The notes beneath the pieces were generated by a model, which did not search any database, was not told where the DNA came from, and was given only the letters and a program-made list of their open reading frames with translations. This document shows, piece by piece, positions 1-12,317 of a DNA stretch of 64,000 bases. Within the stretch, counting starts at the first letter, position 1. Every line of letters starts with the position of its first letter. Source of the DNA: Anolis carolinensis (Eukaryota); the NCBI RefSeq assembly GCF_035594765.1, contig NC_085846.1:119027190-119091189 (forward strand), written 5' to 3'. The position numbers and the translations under genes are program-made.

Positions 1-547
1 GAGGAGTCTCAAGCGCCTTCAAATCAGTTCTTTGGCACCAGAGGAAGACTGTGTCTTCAAACATAAGCCATTTGGACTGAGGCTGAGGATTGCTCCGGCA
101 TTCACAGCCATTGAGAAAGAGGGACCTGGAAAAGCTTCTCAGCTGCAGAGCTCCTTGGACTTAAGACAACCAGAGACTGTAATGTATATTTTCCTTTACC
201 CCTTTGAAACTTCCAGCTTATTGCCTTAAAGGGATAACCTTTTGAAACAATAAAACCAGTTTTGAGTTATCTACAGTATTTTGATCCTTGGGAGTTCCAG
301 CTTCCCTAAAGGAGAACAAAAAGCAATCCCCTGGGGAAAGATGTCACGTCCATGCCTCTTTCGCTAAGAGTTATAGCCCCAGGTGCGATGGCACAGAATG
401 CTTCTCGAACCCCTCCCCCCCTCCCCCCTTGGCTACAGCCCTGAAGGTGGCCAATGGCAACATTCCCACTTTCCTCCAACAGACAGGAGTTCTTTTTCCC
501 ACCCTGGACATCATTCCACAGGGATATATATATATACTAGGAAACCA

Positions 548-850
548 GGAAACTAGGAAAGTGGGGGCTTTAAAAAGTCTGCCACTGTGTAGAGAAGCCA
601 TGTCATACCTGGACAGAGAGAAGCAATGAAGGCTCCCAGAGCTTCTGCTTTTCCAGTATATATATATATCCTCAGAGGTTGTGAGGTCTGTTGGAAACTA
701 GGAAAGTGGGGGCTTTAAAAAGTCTGCCACTGTGTAGAGAAGCCATGTCATACCTGGACAGAGAGAAGCAATGAAGGCTCCCAGAGCTTCTGCTTTTCCA
801 GTATATATATATCCTCAGAGGTTGTGAGGTCTGTTGGAAACTAGGAAAGT
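548..850. repeat. Local ~145-bp tandem duplication incorporating a Penelope pLTR fragment
   Basis: ggaaactaggaaagtgggg recurs at ~549, 693 and 836 with near-identical intervening sequence. Confidence 0.8.
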
Positions 851-1040
851 GGGGTTTATATATAGAGAGCAGGGGGAAATGGCTGCTGTCCCCTTTGCTG
901 CGCTGGCCCGGGAGGGGATGAGGGAGGGAGGGAGGGAGGGCACCCCGGGCGTCAGATAAGCAGAAGTTGGATAAGCGGGACTTTACTTTAAGTATCTGAT
1001 AATCAGTGTTTGGAAATGAAACAAGTTAATATTTGGCAAT

Positions 1041-1075
<35 letters not shown>

Positions 1076-1111
<36 letters not shown>

Positions 1112-1733
1112 TAATGAAATTTCAGCCTAGGACAAAACAACAAAACTACACATCCCAGAAACACTAAACTTGGCAGCACAACCCCTCATCCATGCCTCTA
1201 CGTTCATACAACAAAAAGAAAAGAAAAATAAAGTCCTAATTAGAGGGAGAGGAATAATTGTTTTTATCCAATTGCTGCCAGTTAGAAGGCTAAGCTCTGC
1301 CCACTTGGTCTCCTAGCAACCCACTCAGCCCAGGGGAAAGGCAGAGTTAGGCCTCACTTAGGCCTCTTCCACGCTGCCTATAAAATACTAATTATCAGAT
1401 TTTAACTGGATTGCAGTATATGGCAGCGTAGACTCAAGGCCCTTCCACACAGCTATATGACGCATTTATAATCTTATATTATCTGTTTTGAACTGGATTA
1501 TCTTGATCCCAAACTGCCATATAATCCACTTCAGTGTGCATTTTATCCAGCTGTGTAGAAGGGGCCTCATATAATCCAGTTCTAAGTAGATAATATAAGA
1601 TTATAAATATAATATGTAATAATTACTGTGATATAATAATACAGAACAATATAATCTCTGAAACCAGGACAGTAAATAAAGAACAACACTCTGAAAGCAT
1701 AAGCCACAGCAACGCGTGGCCGGGCAAAGCTAG
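1076..1733 (+). mobile_element. Non-autonomous Helitron
   Basis: 5' TC at the (TC)n/(TA)n junction (approximate); 3' hairpin gccacagcaacgcgtggc followed by CTAG|T. Confidence 0.7.
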
Positions 1734-1751
1734 TGTATATATATATATATA

Positions 1752-2497
1752 CAGTAAAGTCTCACTTATCCAAGCTAAACGGGCCAGCAGAAGCTTGGAT
1801 AAGCAAATATCTTGGATAATAAGGAGGGATTAAGGAAAAGCCTATTAGACATCAAATTAGGTTATGATTTTACAAATTAAGCACCAAAACATCATGTTTT
1901 ACAACAAATTTGACAGAAATAGCAGTTCAATACGCAGTAATGTTATGTTGTAATTACTGTATTTACGAATTTAGCACCAAAATATCATGATATATTGAAA
2001 ACATTGACTACCGTGTTTCCCCGAAAGTAAGACAGTGTCTTATATTAATTTTTGCTCCCAAAGATGCTCTAGGTCTTATTTTCAGGGGATGTCTTATTTT
2101 TCCATGAAGAAGAATTCACTTTTATTGTTGAACAAAAAACATGAGCATTAATTATATACTGTACAGTAGTTGTCATCACAAACCAGCACAACCAGACAAA
2201 CTGTGAATCCTATCAAGAATTTCTTGTTACTCCCATTATTTCCATGTACAACTGGTAGGTACATTTACCAATCCTGAATGCTCTGGTGTTCTGTTTGGCA
2301 GGCGCTGGGCATGCTTCCAAACAAAAACTTGGCTAGGTCTTACTTTTGGGGGATGCCTTATATTTAGCAATTCAGAAAAACTTCTACTAGGTCTTATTTT
2401 TCGGAGATGTCTTCTTTTCGGGGAAACAGGGTACAAAAATGGCTTGGATCATCCAGAAACTTGGATAAGTGAGGCTTGGATAAGTGAGACTCTACTG
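1752..2497. mobile_element. Tc1/mariner-superfamily MITE containing a nested pogo-like MITE (2011-2431)
   Basis: TIR CAGTA(A/G)AGTCTCACTTATCC with TA flanks; inner element has TIR CC(G/C)TGTTTCCCCGAAA with duplicated TA. Confidence 0.85.
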
Positions 2498-2538
2498 TAT
2501 ATATACCCCACTTTCCTAGTTTCCAACAGACCTCACAA

Positions 2539-2578
2539 CCTCTGAGGATGCCTGGCGTAGATGTGATGAAACGTCAGG
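2539..2578 (+). ncRNA. Degenerate Penelope-type hammerhead motif within a pLTR fragment (~2500-2660)
   Basis: cct CTGAGGA tgcctggcgtagatgtgat GAAA c GTC agg; stem II is eroded. Confidence 0.45.
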
Positions 2579-2670
2579 AGAGAATTCTTCTGGAACATGG
2601 CCAGACAGCCCGGAAAACCCACAGCAAGCCAGTGATTCCGGCCATGGAAGCCTTCGAGAGCACTTCATAC

Positions 2671-2989
2671 CTTCTCTGTTCTTCCGGCGACTGCGCTTCC
2701 TCTGGCTCCGGCCTCTTGTCTTGTCTGCCGAGGGAAGGAGGCAGAGGAGGGGTCGCTTTGACTTTTCTCCCCCCCTCAAATAACCCTCTCAAGAAGACGG
2801 ATTGGTTCTCAGTCGTGGTCTGGCTTGGCTTTTCCATTGGCTGCAGAGGAGTTGCCCGGTGAAAGTGAAACTGGTTTGCCTTGATAAGCTGGCTGGCTCC
2901 CTCCCTTTGCCCAGAGAAGCTTCAGCTGGAGGCGAGGGCGGGCTGGGGCAGAAGGAGCTCCTGGCAGCAGCACCAGCACCGGAACCCAG
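2671..2989. promoter_or_regulatory. Putative bidirectional promoter with non-coding first exons: + exon 1 of gene A (donor cag|GTGAGT at 2990) and - exon 1 of a probable GIMAP outside the window (donor aag|GTATGA at 2670)
   Basis: Consensus ISRE GAAAGTGAAACT at 2861-2872; inverted CCAAT at 2801 and 2836; GATA site at 2882. Both exon ends are homologous to those at 59357 and 59754. Confidence 0.62.
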
Positions 2990-3309
2990 GTGAGTCTCCC
3001 TGGGCTGAGCACATTGGGACACCCTCCATTCCCATCAGGATGCCTCCCGTCTTTTGCAAGGACTGGGTGCATATTCTATTCAGAGGGGATGCACATGACC
3101 CCGGCACCAGGCCTGTAGCGGTGTGTGTGTGTGTGTGTGTTAGGAGTTCAATCCCCCTCCCCAAAAATTTTCAGATTAAAAAAAAAACCGGTTGACTCAT
3201 GAATTTTAACTGGTAAACCAAATCCCTATGCTAAGTCTATGAGACGCAAACAATTAAGAGCCTGGGTTGTTTGTTGTATGTTTCCTGGGCTGTCTGGCCA
3301 TGTTCCAGA

Positions 3310-3552
3310 AACAGGAAAGGAAGGAGATTCCACCTGAACATCAGGAAGAACTTCCTCACTGTGAGAAGGGCTGTTCAGCAGTGGAACTCTCTGCTTCAGA
3401 CTGTGGTGGAGGCTTCTTCTTTGGAGGCTTTTAAGCAGAGGCTGGATGGCCATCTGTCAGGGGTGCTTTGAATGAGATTTCCTGCTTCTTGGCAGAATGG
3501 GGTTGGACTAGATGGCCCATGAGGTCTCTTCCAACTCTATGATTCTATGATT
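3310..3552 (+). mobile_element. CR1 LINE 3' end (others at ~7970-8235 on -, ~14815-14915 on -, ~42045-42240 on +)
   Basis: RFHLNIRKNFLTVR..WNSL C-terminus and (ATTCTATG)n tail. Confidence 0.8.
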
Positions 3553-4937
3553 GCAGCATCAAAGTGTGGCTGCTTCCTGTCTGGGGGGAATCCTTTGTTG
3601 GGAGGTGTTAGCCGGCCCTGATTGTATCCTGTCTGGAATTCCCCTGTTTTGCGTGTTGTTCTTTATTTACTGTCCTGATGTGGACAAATTGTGGACAATT
3701 TCAACAGAAAGGAGGAAACCATGAAAAGGAACACAATCTGGCTCGTAGTATTTAAAAACTCCAAAATCAGGACAGTAAATAAAGAACAACACTTTGGAAA
3801 CAGGGGAATGCCAGGCAGGAAACAATCAGGGCCTGAGGCTGTTAGGAACGGCAGGAGATGGAGTCCAAAACACCTGGAGCGAGGGCTGAGGTTTGCCCAT
3901 GCCTAGACATTTACATGAATCTGTGAGCAACAAGATTCCTCCCTTACTCCCCATATTGCTCATATGCCGAGTGTTTTTATGTGTATATATATACCCGGGC
4001 TTATGTGTATAGGCCCGGGCTGTGGCGCAGGTGGGAGAGCAAGCCAGTGCAATTAACTGCAATGAATCACTCTGACCAGGAGGTCATGAGTTCGAGCCCC
4101 GCTTGGAGCCTATGTTTGTTTGTCTTTGTTCTATGTTAAAAGGCATTGAATGTGTATGTGTAATGTATTTGCCCTGAGTCCCCTTCGGGGTGAGAAAGAA
4201 GGGCGGAATATAAATGCTGTAAATAAATAAATAAATAAATAAATAAATATACACACACGTATCCATATAGATATACAGGCAGTCCCAAAGTTATGAACAT
4301 TTGTATGTAAGTTGGAACAGGTACATTTTTGAAGTGCAACTTTAGCCAAATATATATTTAGCTCTGGGTCGCATAGGGAAAGTCAACACCCCAGTGGGGT
4401 TTGTTTTGCTGCAGTTGAGTCTGCATCATATGAGTTCTTCACTGACCATTATAAAGCAGTTCCAACTGCATAGATGGGGCCCGTCACCCTTTTGAGAAAC
4501 CCCGTGTCCTCTGCCATAGAAGAAAGGAACTGGTAGCCGTGCACAGGACAGGGGCCACCGGGGTCTCAAGGGAAGGTACTTTCCTGTGGCCGGTGAACTT
4601 GAACTCCTGTTATTTCCTGTCTTTGTTTGGCCTTTTGTTGCCCTGCCGCTGCCCGCATTGAGATCCCAACCCAGCGGCTGAGCTACAGCTAAACAACATC
4701 TGGCTCTGTTATCGGACTCGGCTACATCCGCTGACCAGTGAGCCCAGGTGTTCCTAAAGGCAAATTCTGCACCTGGAACACATTGGATGGCGTTCACGAC
4801 CTGCATGTGATTTTCATGACTTGTTTTTATTGTTATTATCTGTTTTATTGCTTTGTTTTATTGTTGTGGATTGGGCTTGGCCCCATGTAAGCTGCTCTGA
4901 GTCCCTTCGGGGAGAGGGGGCGGGGTATAAAAATAAA

Positions 4938-4990
<53 letters not shown>

Positions 4991-6563
4991 GCTGCCCAGA
5001 AGGGATAGTCTGCACCTCACGCGCTGCACCAGGCCTTCTTTTGGAGCTTCTCCAAGGCTGAGGAGAACCTCCTTTTAGAACCGTGGTTTTTTGTTTATCC
5101 GTTCAGTCTCTTCCGCCTCTTGGTGACCCCTGGACCAGCCCAGGCCAGAGCTCCCTGTCGGCAGCCGTGTCCACCCGTAGCTCCTTCAAGGTGGAGCCAC
5201 TCCCTTCAAGGACCTCATCCATCCATAGGTTACTATGGGAAATACCATTGCTTTCATTATGTGGACCTTGGTTGCTGGTGTGATGTTTCTACCCTTCACT
5301 CTTTTATCGAGATTGGTCATTGCTCTCCTCCCAAGTAGAAAATGTCTTCTGATTTCCTGGCTACAGTCTGCGCCTGCAGTCACCTTTATTTGACCGGGAA
5401 CCACTTTGACCCGGGACCACTCTCCAACCTTAGTACCAAAAGGGTTACGAATCAGTTTTTGGTCAAGTTTAGATTTGGTTTGGTTATTTTGGGGACTGAT
5501 TCAGAAAAGTGCATTGGAGAGACCACATCCGCTCTAGTTTCCGATGCAGAACATATGCCACCCAGCAGTAGCCATTTGCTCACCCACAGAAAACCATATT
5601 TAGTAATTTGGAGCTGATGTGTTCTATCCAATGCAATTTTCTGAATCAGCTCCCCAAATAACCCCAGGATCAGGCCTAAAAACGAAGACTATTGAGTAAA
5701 CACAGATGTCTGTTCTAAACAATGTAATGAACTATATAACACAATAGTGGTTCCACACATAAGTAGTACACAATATGTATATTAGAGCATCATATACATA
5801 TAACATACACAGAAACAATACTCAGTCCTAAGTATCTAACTCAGTATTATAAATCAAACAAAATGATATAAGTCTCTGCAGTCCTAAAAGGTTTGGATTG
5901 GCTAAAAGGCAAACTGATTCAGAGTCTCTGCAGTTCTGGAGGGATTCCTCAGGACTCCACAGGTTTTGGATCAATAGTGAAGCCAAGTAGACAGAGTCAA
6001 TGCTGATGTAACTCCTGAGTAGGTGGTATTATATCCGTTCACACCATTTGCACGCCGTTTACAACTGGTTCCTGGGTTTTATCCCAGTTTCGGTAACCCT
6101 TCTTCTAGTAAGCGGCAAAAGCTGTATTATTTCTTTATTGATGGCTCTGCATCAGGTATTCTTAATTATGTTAGCAGTATCAATATGCTGCTGTGGATTT
6201 TGTGGTGCGAGCCAGCCTCTCCCCTCCCGACATCCCCGTTGCCTGGCTACTAAGAGAAGGTTTCGAGAGACCACTTGCTCTCGTTGCAATGGTGTAGTAA
6301 CGGTGAGGCCGCAAGCCATATTTTAGTTCTTGGGGACCACTGGTGGTCCACTGACCACAGGTTGGGGACCACTGTTGTAGAAGAAGCAGCGTTACTTCTC
6401 AGGTGGGAATTTGTGTAGCTGGGGCTTGTAGCTGAATGAAAAGCCAAACTGCTTTGCCTCCAGCCATTCCGCCCTTCCTTTTCAAAGCTGATTTCCTCTT
6501 TTCTTTCTGTTTCAGATTTAGAAATCCTGAGCCCTGAAATTTGTCTCATCGTCGCTTTAAGAT

Positions 6564-9031
6564 ATGGCTGAATGGAATGAAGGTGAGAATTTAATGACTA
6601 AGGCTCGGGCCCCGTTACACCGCCACATCAAATCCATATGGTCTGCTTTGAACTGGGCTATATGACAGTGTAGATTCATATCATCCAGTTCAAAGCAGAT
6701 AATCTGGGATCAGATACTGGATTATATGGCCGTGTAGATGGGGCATACACTGTACCCAATCAAGCTTATCTTTATTGTCTAGCAAAATGTGTCCATTGTA
6801 CCTGTTTCTTATGAGACGTTCCTCACAAAGGAAGCAAACCCTGAGTGGGTTGTTGTATGTCTTTCGGGCTGTGTGGCCATGTTCCAGAAGCATTCTCTCC
6901 TGACGTTTCGCACACATCTATGGCAGGCATCCTCAGAGGTTCTGAGGCATGGAGAAACTAGGCAAGGAAGGTAAATATATATCTGTGGAGAGTCCAGGGT
7001 GTGACAAGAGTCCTTTGTCAGTTGGAAGCCAGCCCTAATGTTTCAGTTAATCACCCTAATTAGCATTGGAAAGGTTGGTCTCTTGCCTGGGGGGCATCCT
7101 TTGTTCAGAGTCATTAGCCGTCCTTGGGGCTCCCCTGCCCTCAGAGTGTTGCTTCTTATTTACTGTTCTGATTTTGGAGTTTTTTAATACTTTAGCCAGA
7201 TTTTGTTCATTTTCATGGTTTCCTCCTTTCTGTTGAAGTTGTCCACATGCTTGTGGATTTCAATGGCTTCTCTGTGTAGTCTGACATGATAGTTGTTGGA
7301 GTGTTCAAGCATTTCTGTGTCCTCAAATAATATCCTGTGTCCAGGTTGGTTCCTCAAGGGCTCTGCTCTGGCTGATTTCTCTGGTTGAGTGAGTCTGCAA
7401 TGCCTTGCATGTTCTTTGACTCGTGTTTGGGCAATGCTACGTTTGCTGGTCCCTATGTAGACTGAGCCCTGAGTGGCTCAGCAAAGCCACAGTTCTGCAC
7501 ATGGAGCCATGCAGCCCTTGGACTTGCTGTGGAGCTTCTCAAGCCCTTCCCTGCCCCATAGCGGAGTGGGGCTGCGTCCCAGAGGCGGGTGAAATGGTCT
7601 GCCAGGGTTCTCCATAGTTCATGGCAGAAGATTTAAGGAGTCACATCTCCAATGGACTCTCTCTATTTGGAACGAGGTCTTGCTTGTGAGGATTTGGAGC
7701 TGGGACCCTGGTGTAGACCTTCTGCTGAGAGAGGTCTTTCGTTCATGCATCTCAGTCCCTCCCGTTCTGCCCCACCTGCCCCAGCGCAAGGAGGGGGAGC
7801 TCCAAGGGAAAGGCAAGAACAGGAAGGAGAAGAGAGCTCACCTTCGGCCTGGGGGGTGGGAGGTGGGGAGGGGGTGGCCAGGCAGAGCCCCCAAGATACC
7901 TTTATTCCAGCAGAATCACCTCTTGCTTTGCCCCCTTGCTTCATGGGTTCTGGTTAGCAACAATGGGTCATAGAATCATAGGGTTGGGAGAGACCTCACA
8001 GGCCATCCAGTCTAACCCCATTCTGCCAAGAAGCAGGAAAATCACATTCAAAGCACCCTCAACAGATGGCCATCCAGCCTCTGCTTAAAAGCCTCCAAAG
8101 AAGGAGCCTCCACCACACTCTGCAGCAGAGAGTTCCACTGCTGAACATCTCTCTCTCACAGTGGGGAAGTTCTCCCTCATGTTCAGGTGGAATCTCCTTT
8201 CCTGAAGTTTGAAGCCATTGTTCCATTGTGTCCTAGTCTGCAGATTAGTCAAAGCGAGTTCCCCTTGCATGACCGCTTCTTCTCTTGTTCCCCTCCCTTG
8301 TTTTAGACACGGAACTGAGGATTGTCCTCGTGGGGAAAACCGGTGCCGGGAAGAGCGCCGCGGGAAACACCATCCTGGGACAGGAGAAATTTATGTCTAC
8401 CGTGTCACCCACATCAACAACAAAAACATGCGAAAAGAAGGAGACTGTAATTGATGGGAGGAAAATTGTGGTTGTTGACACTCCTGGGTTTTTTGAAATC
8501 AATGCAAAAACAGAAGAAGTTTCCAAAGAAGTTGAGAAGTGTGTAAAATGGTGCTACCCAGGCCCACATGCAATTATACAGGTCATGCAAGTGGCCCGTT
8601 TCACTCAGGAGGAAAAAATGGTTGCTCAGGTAATCCAAGATATTTTCAGCTTTGAGGCCAAGGATTACATGATCATATTGTTCACCCGCAAAGAAGACCT
8701 AAAAGAAAAGACTTTGGAAACATTCTTAAGTGAAGGAGATGCCTCTTTTCAGGAGCAGATTGAGAAATGTGGGGGCCGTTACCTGGCTTTCAACAACAGG
8801 GCTGAAGGTCTGAAGAGGGAGGAGCAGGTGAAGGAGCTGCTTGGCATGATCGATGACATGCTGGAGAAGAACATCAAGGCCCCCCATTACACTGAAAAGA
8901 TGCTCGTCAGCGACCAAAAACGGATAGAAGATTATCAACGTCTGCAAAGAGAGAACAGAGAGCTGAGGAGGGAGAAAGAAGAGAATGAAAAACGGTTAGA
9001 AGGGAACAAAAGCTGGTGCAACATACTCTAA
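6564..9031 (+). CDS. GIMAP family GTPase (GIMAP4/7-like, gene A); CDS join(6564..6582,8307..9031), 247 aa, short coiled coil, C-terminal CaaX (CNIL)
   Basis: AIG1-type G domain: G1 GKTGAGKS, G3 DTPG, PGPHA box followed by VARFT, G4 TRKED, AFNN. Upstream exon 6516-6582 (ttcag| ... ATG GCT GAA TGG AAT GAA G|gtgag) splices in phase 1 to ttttag|AC at 8307, giving [16 protein letters not shown]. The paralog at 62030-63840 has the same exon layout. Confidence 0.92.
6849..7466 (-). mobile_element. 5'-truncated Penelope-like element (GIY-YIG endonuclease end plus pLTR)
   Basis: The - strand encodes ...[16 protein letters not shown]...REAIEIHKH...NFNRKEE; flanked by the direct repeat CCCTGAGTGG; contains a hammerhead motif. 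Confidence 0.8.
6899..6939 (-). ncRNA. Minimal Penelope-type hammerhead ribozyme motif
   Basis: ccu CUGAGGA ugccugccauagaugugugc GAAA c GUC agg: conserved core, 3-bp stem I, minimal stem III. Confidence 0.6.
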
Positions 9032-9185
9032 TAGATGCAGCCAAGTTGCCTTTTAAACAAAATCCAAAACACAGCTTGGTGATTCTTTTATCAGGCACAA
9101 GCCACAACAGTATCACCCAAATTTATCTCCACGTAAGAGTGTGTGCAAGGGGCACAACCGTCTTAAGCCACTTTACGTCCCTGTA

Positions 9186-9216
<31 letters not shown>

Positions 9217-10329
9217 CTTTATTTATATCCCGCCACCATCTCTCCACGGGGACTCGGGGCGGCTTACATGGGGCAGTGGCCCAAACAACATAAGAACAAA
9301 ATATAAGCAACACAATAAATCACAATATAAAAAGATAAAACAATAATACAATATATCAATATAAACAACAATGCAAGATAAAAATTTCATTTAAAACACA
9401 TAAATGGTAAGACCACATGGTCATACCATTCTCTAAATAGCATATTTAGTTAATCAGGTGGAAAAAAACATAGGATGCAACACTAGTAGCTCACCGATCA
9501 GCCACTGCTTCTAGACTATCCCAAAGTGATATCCATCTACATGTATTATATATTTCCATTTATATTCCATTACATTTTTACAATGACTCCACTAAGCATG
9601 TATTATTCCTAATTGCTTCGGTGGAGTCATGAAAGTGACTGATTTGTCATAGCTTCTGCTTCCATGTTTCAACCAATATTTGAGATTCATGATATTGGGC
9701 CGAATATTTGGGTCCAGTATTTTAGTTCAGGGTCTGTTGTGGGTGGGAATGAGGGAATGTGAGTTTGAAAAGGCCATTTTAGTGCATTCGCTGTATTTTA
9801 ATTTTGCTTTTATCACACTGTTACTATTTGATCGCTTTTCAACTTTTGTATCGTATGTTTTTAAACTTGTCTAGTGTGGAGTGTTGAGTTCCCATGGGGA
9901 GTAATATAGACAATACATTGTTAGGGGTACAAGGATTGTTTGCCTGATTGTTGGGTATTTCGGGTAATGTTTGAGTTCCATGGCGCATGTCTCTGCTCCT
10001 CTGATAGGTCACTGTATTAGTTACTCTGAACTCTTATGAGAAAATGCATGAAATAAATAAACACATTGTAGCTCCTGATGGAACTGAGACATTATTTTAT
10101 ACATCTACATTGCTATCGAGGGCCTTTGTGGAGGTTTCAGTTCAGCTCTGTATCTGTGGAAAACCTCATAGCATTCATTTCTTTTTTGACATGAATTTTT
10201 ATTCAAGGGAACAGAAACACTAACAGAACTAGACAATAAAAAAGAGTTACACAAAGCCAAAACAACCTCCCTTCACCCCAGAAAGTAAACAAAAAGGGTA
10301 CAGCAACGAACACAACTCTTATCTTAAAC

Positions 10330-10584
10330 CAGGGGTCCTCAAACTTTTTAATCCAAGGGCCGGTCCACAATCCTTCAGACTGAAAAAATTTGAAAAAAAA
10401 ATACAAACAAATTCCGATGAACACTGCACGTCTTATTTGTAGTGCAAAAACAACAACAAGAACAATGAAAGAACAATACAATATTTAAAAATAAAAACAA
10501 TTTTAACCCAACATACATTTATCAGGATTTCAATGGGAAGTGTGGTCCCGCTTCTGGCCAATGAGATAGTCAAGTTAATTAGGG

Positions 10585-10618
<34 letters not shown>

Positions 10619-11053
10619 GTGCCTTCAAGTCATTTCAGACTTTGGGCGAGCCTAAGTCTAAAATGCATTTATTTATTATTTATTTACTGCATTTATTTAC
10701 TACATTTGTATCACACCCTTATCGCCCCAAAGGGGACTCAGAGTGGCTTACAAATTATATGTACATACAATATATTATATTATTAGCATAGCACAATATT
10801 AGCATTATATATTACTATATTGAACTATACCACTATACTGTAATATAATTAGTAATATTATATGTAATATCGAATATATAATTAATATTATTATATGGTA
10901 TTATTATTAGTGTTATATTGTATTACATTATAATATTATTATCAATATTATATGTATATAGAATATATTATATTATAAAACTGAGGGCGGGGGCCAGGTA
11001 AATGACCTCGGAGGGCCGCATCCGGCCCCCGGGCCTTAGTTTGGGGACCCCTG
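10330..11053. mobile_element. Non-autonomous hAT (Charlie-like) element
   Basis: TIRs CAGGGGTCCTCAAAC / GTTTGGGGACCCCTG; 8-bp TSD TCTTAAAC. Confidence 0.9.
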
Positions 11054-11235
11054 TCTTAAACAATCATCCCACCATAGTATACAACATACACTACTAAACA
11101 CATACTAAAAACGGAACACATCTACACATCGACATTGTTATCGAAGGCCTTTGTGGAGGTTTCAGTTCAGCTCTGTATATGCGGAAAACCTCATCTCTTC
11201 TTTCACCTGAGTTTTTATTCAAGAGAACAGAAATA

Positions 11236-11543
11236 CGGTAGAGTCTCACTTATCCAACATAAATGGGCCGGCAGAACGTTGGATAAGGAAATATGTTGGA
11301 TAATAAGGAGAGATTAAGAAAAAGGCTATTAAACATCAAGATAGGTTATGATTTTACAAATTAAGTACCAAAACATTATGTTATACAACAAATTTGACAG
11401 AAAAAGTATTTCATTACACATTAATGCTATGTAGTAGTTACTGTATTTATGAATTTAGCACCAAAATATCACAATTCATTGAAAACATTGACTACAAAAA
11501 TGTGTTGGATAATCCAGAACGTTGGATAAGTGAGACTCTGCTG
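11236..11543. mobile_element. Tc1/mariner-superfamily MITE
   Basis: Same TIR family as 1752-2497, TA flanks. Confidence 0.85.
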
Positions 11544-12317
11544 TACAAACAAAATGAAACAGACAAAATAACAATCTCTCTCCGCCCCAGAAAGAAAGCC
11601 AAAAGACTACGGTAAACAAAGCACTGCTTGTCTGGGATTCCCCTTTTGCAAGAGGCCACCCTCCAGGGCACCTGCGTCCCCAAGTCTCCACCTTGGCAGG
11701 AGGATGTATTTCCTTCTCAAAGGAAGACTTGGGGGGCTCGTTGGGGCTGGTTTTGTGGTCGATGCCACATCGCCACTTGAGGCAGGGGGTTGCATGGGGT
11801 GGACATGTGGGGCTCCTTCGTGAGGGTACAATGACCAAGATCAGAAGTAAATGAGAGACTCAGCAAAAGCTTTATGGAAAAGCCTGCCAGGAGCAAGAAG
11901 GGAGTTGAACAGGGAAGCCTGAGTGGAATGTGTGTGACTGACGTGTGTGTGTGTGTGCACGTGTGTGGGGTGGGGGGGTATATGGAAACGTGTGTGCTGG
12001 TGTGCAGAACCATGACACGGTTAACCTGGGTGGACGTGGGCCTTGCAGCCAGTTGCCAAGGGAAGGGCCGCTCTCTCCTGACCCGTCCTCCCAGGAAGTG
12101 GATGGAAGTAGCCGCTGCCTCCTGCTCCCATTCCTCTGAGCCAAACGCAGCCCCGGGTGAAGTGTCCCCGGCAGTCCCATAGCTCAAGGGGCCGAGGGCA
12201 CAACCCCCAGGGAAGGGGAGCCAACGTGCCTCCTCGCCTCCAGCAAGGCCTGTGGCCTCTCCCCTGAGCCAAAGCCAAGGAGACCCTCTTGCCTTGTGTC
12301 GGGAGGGTCAAGAAGCA

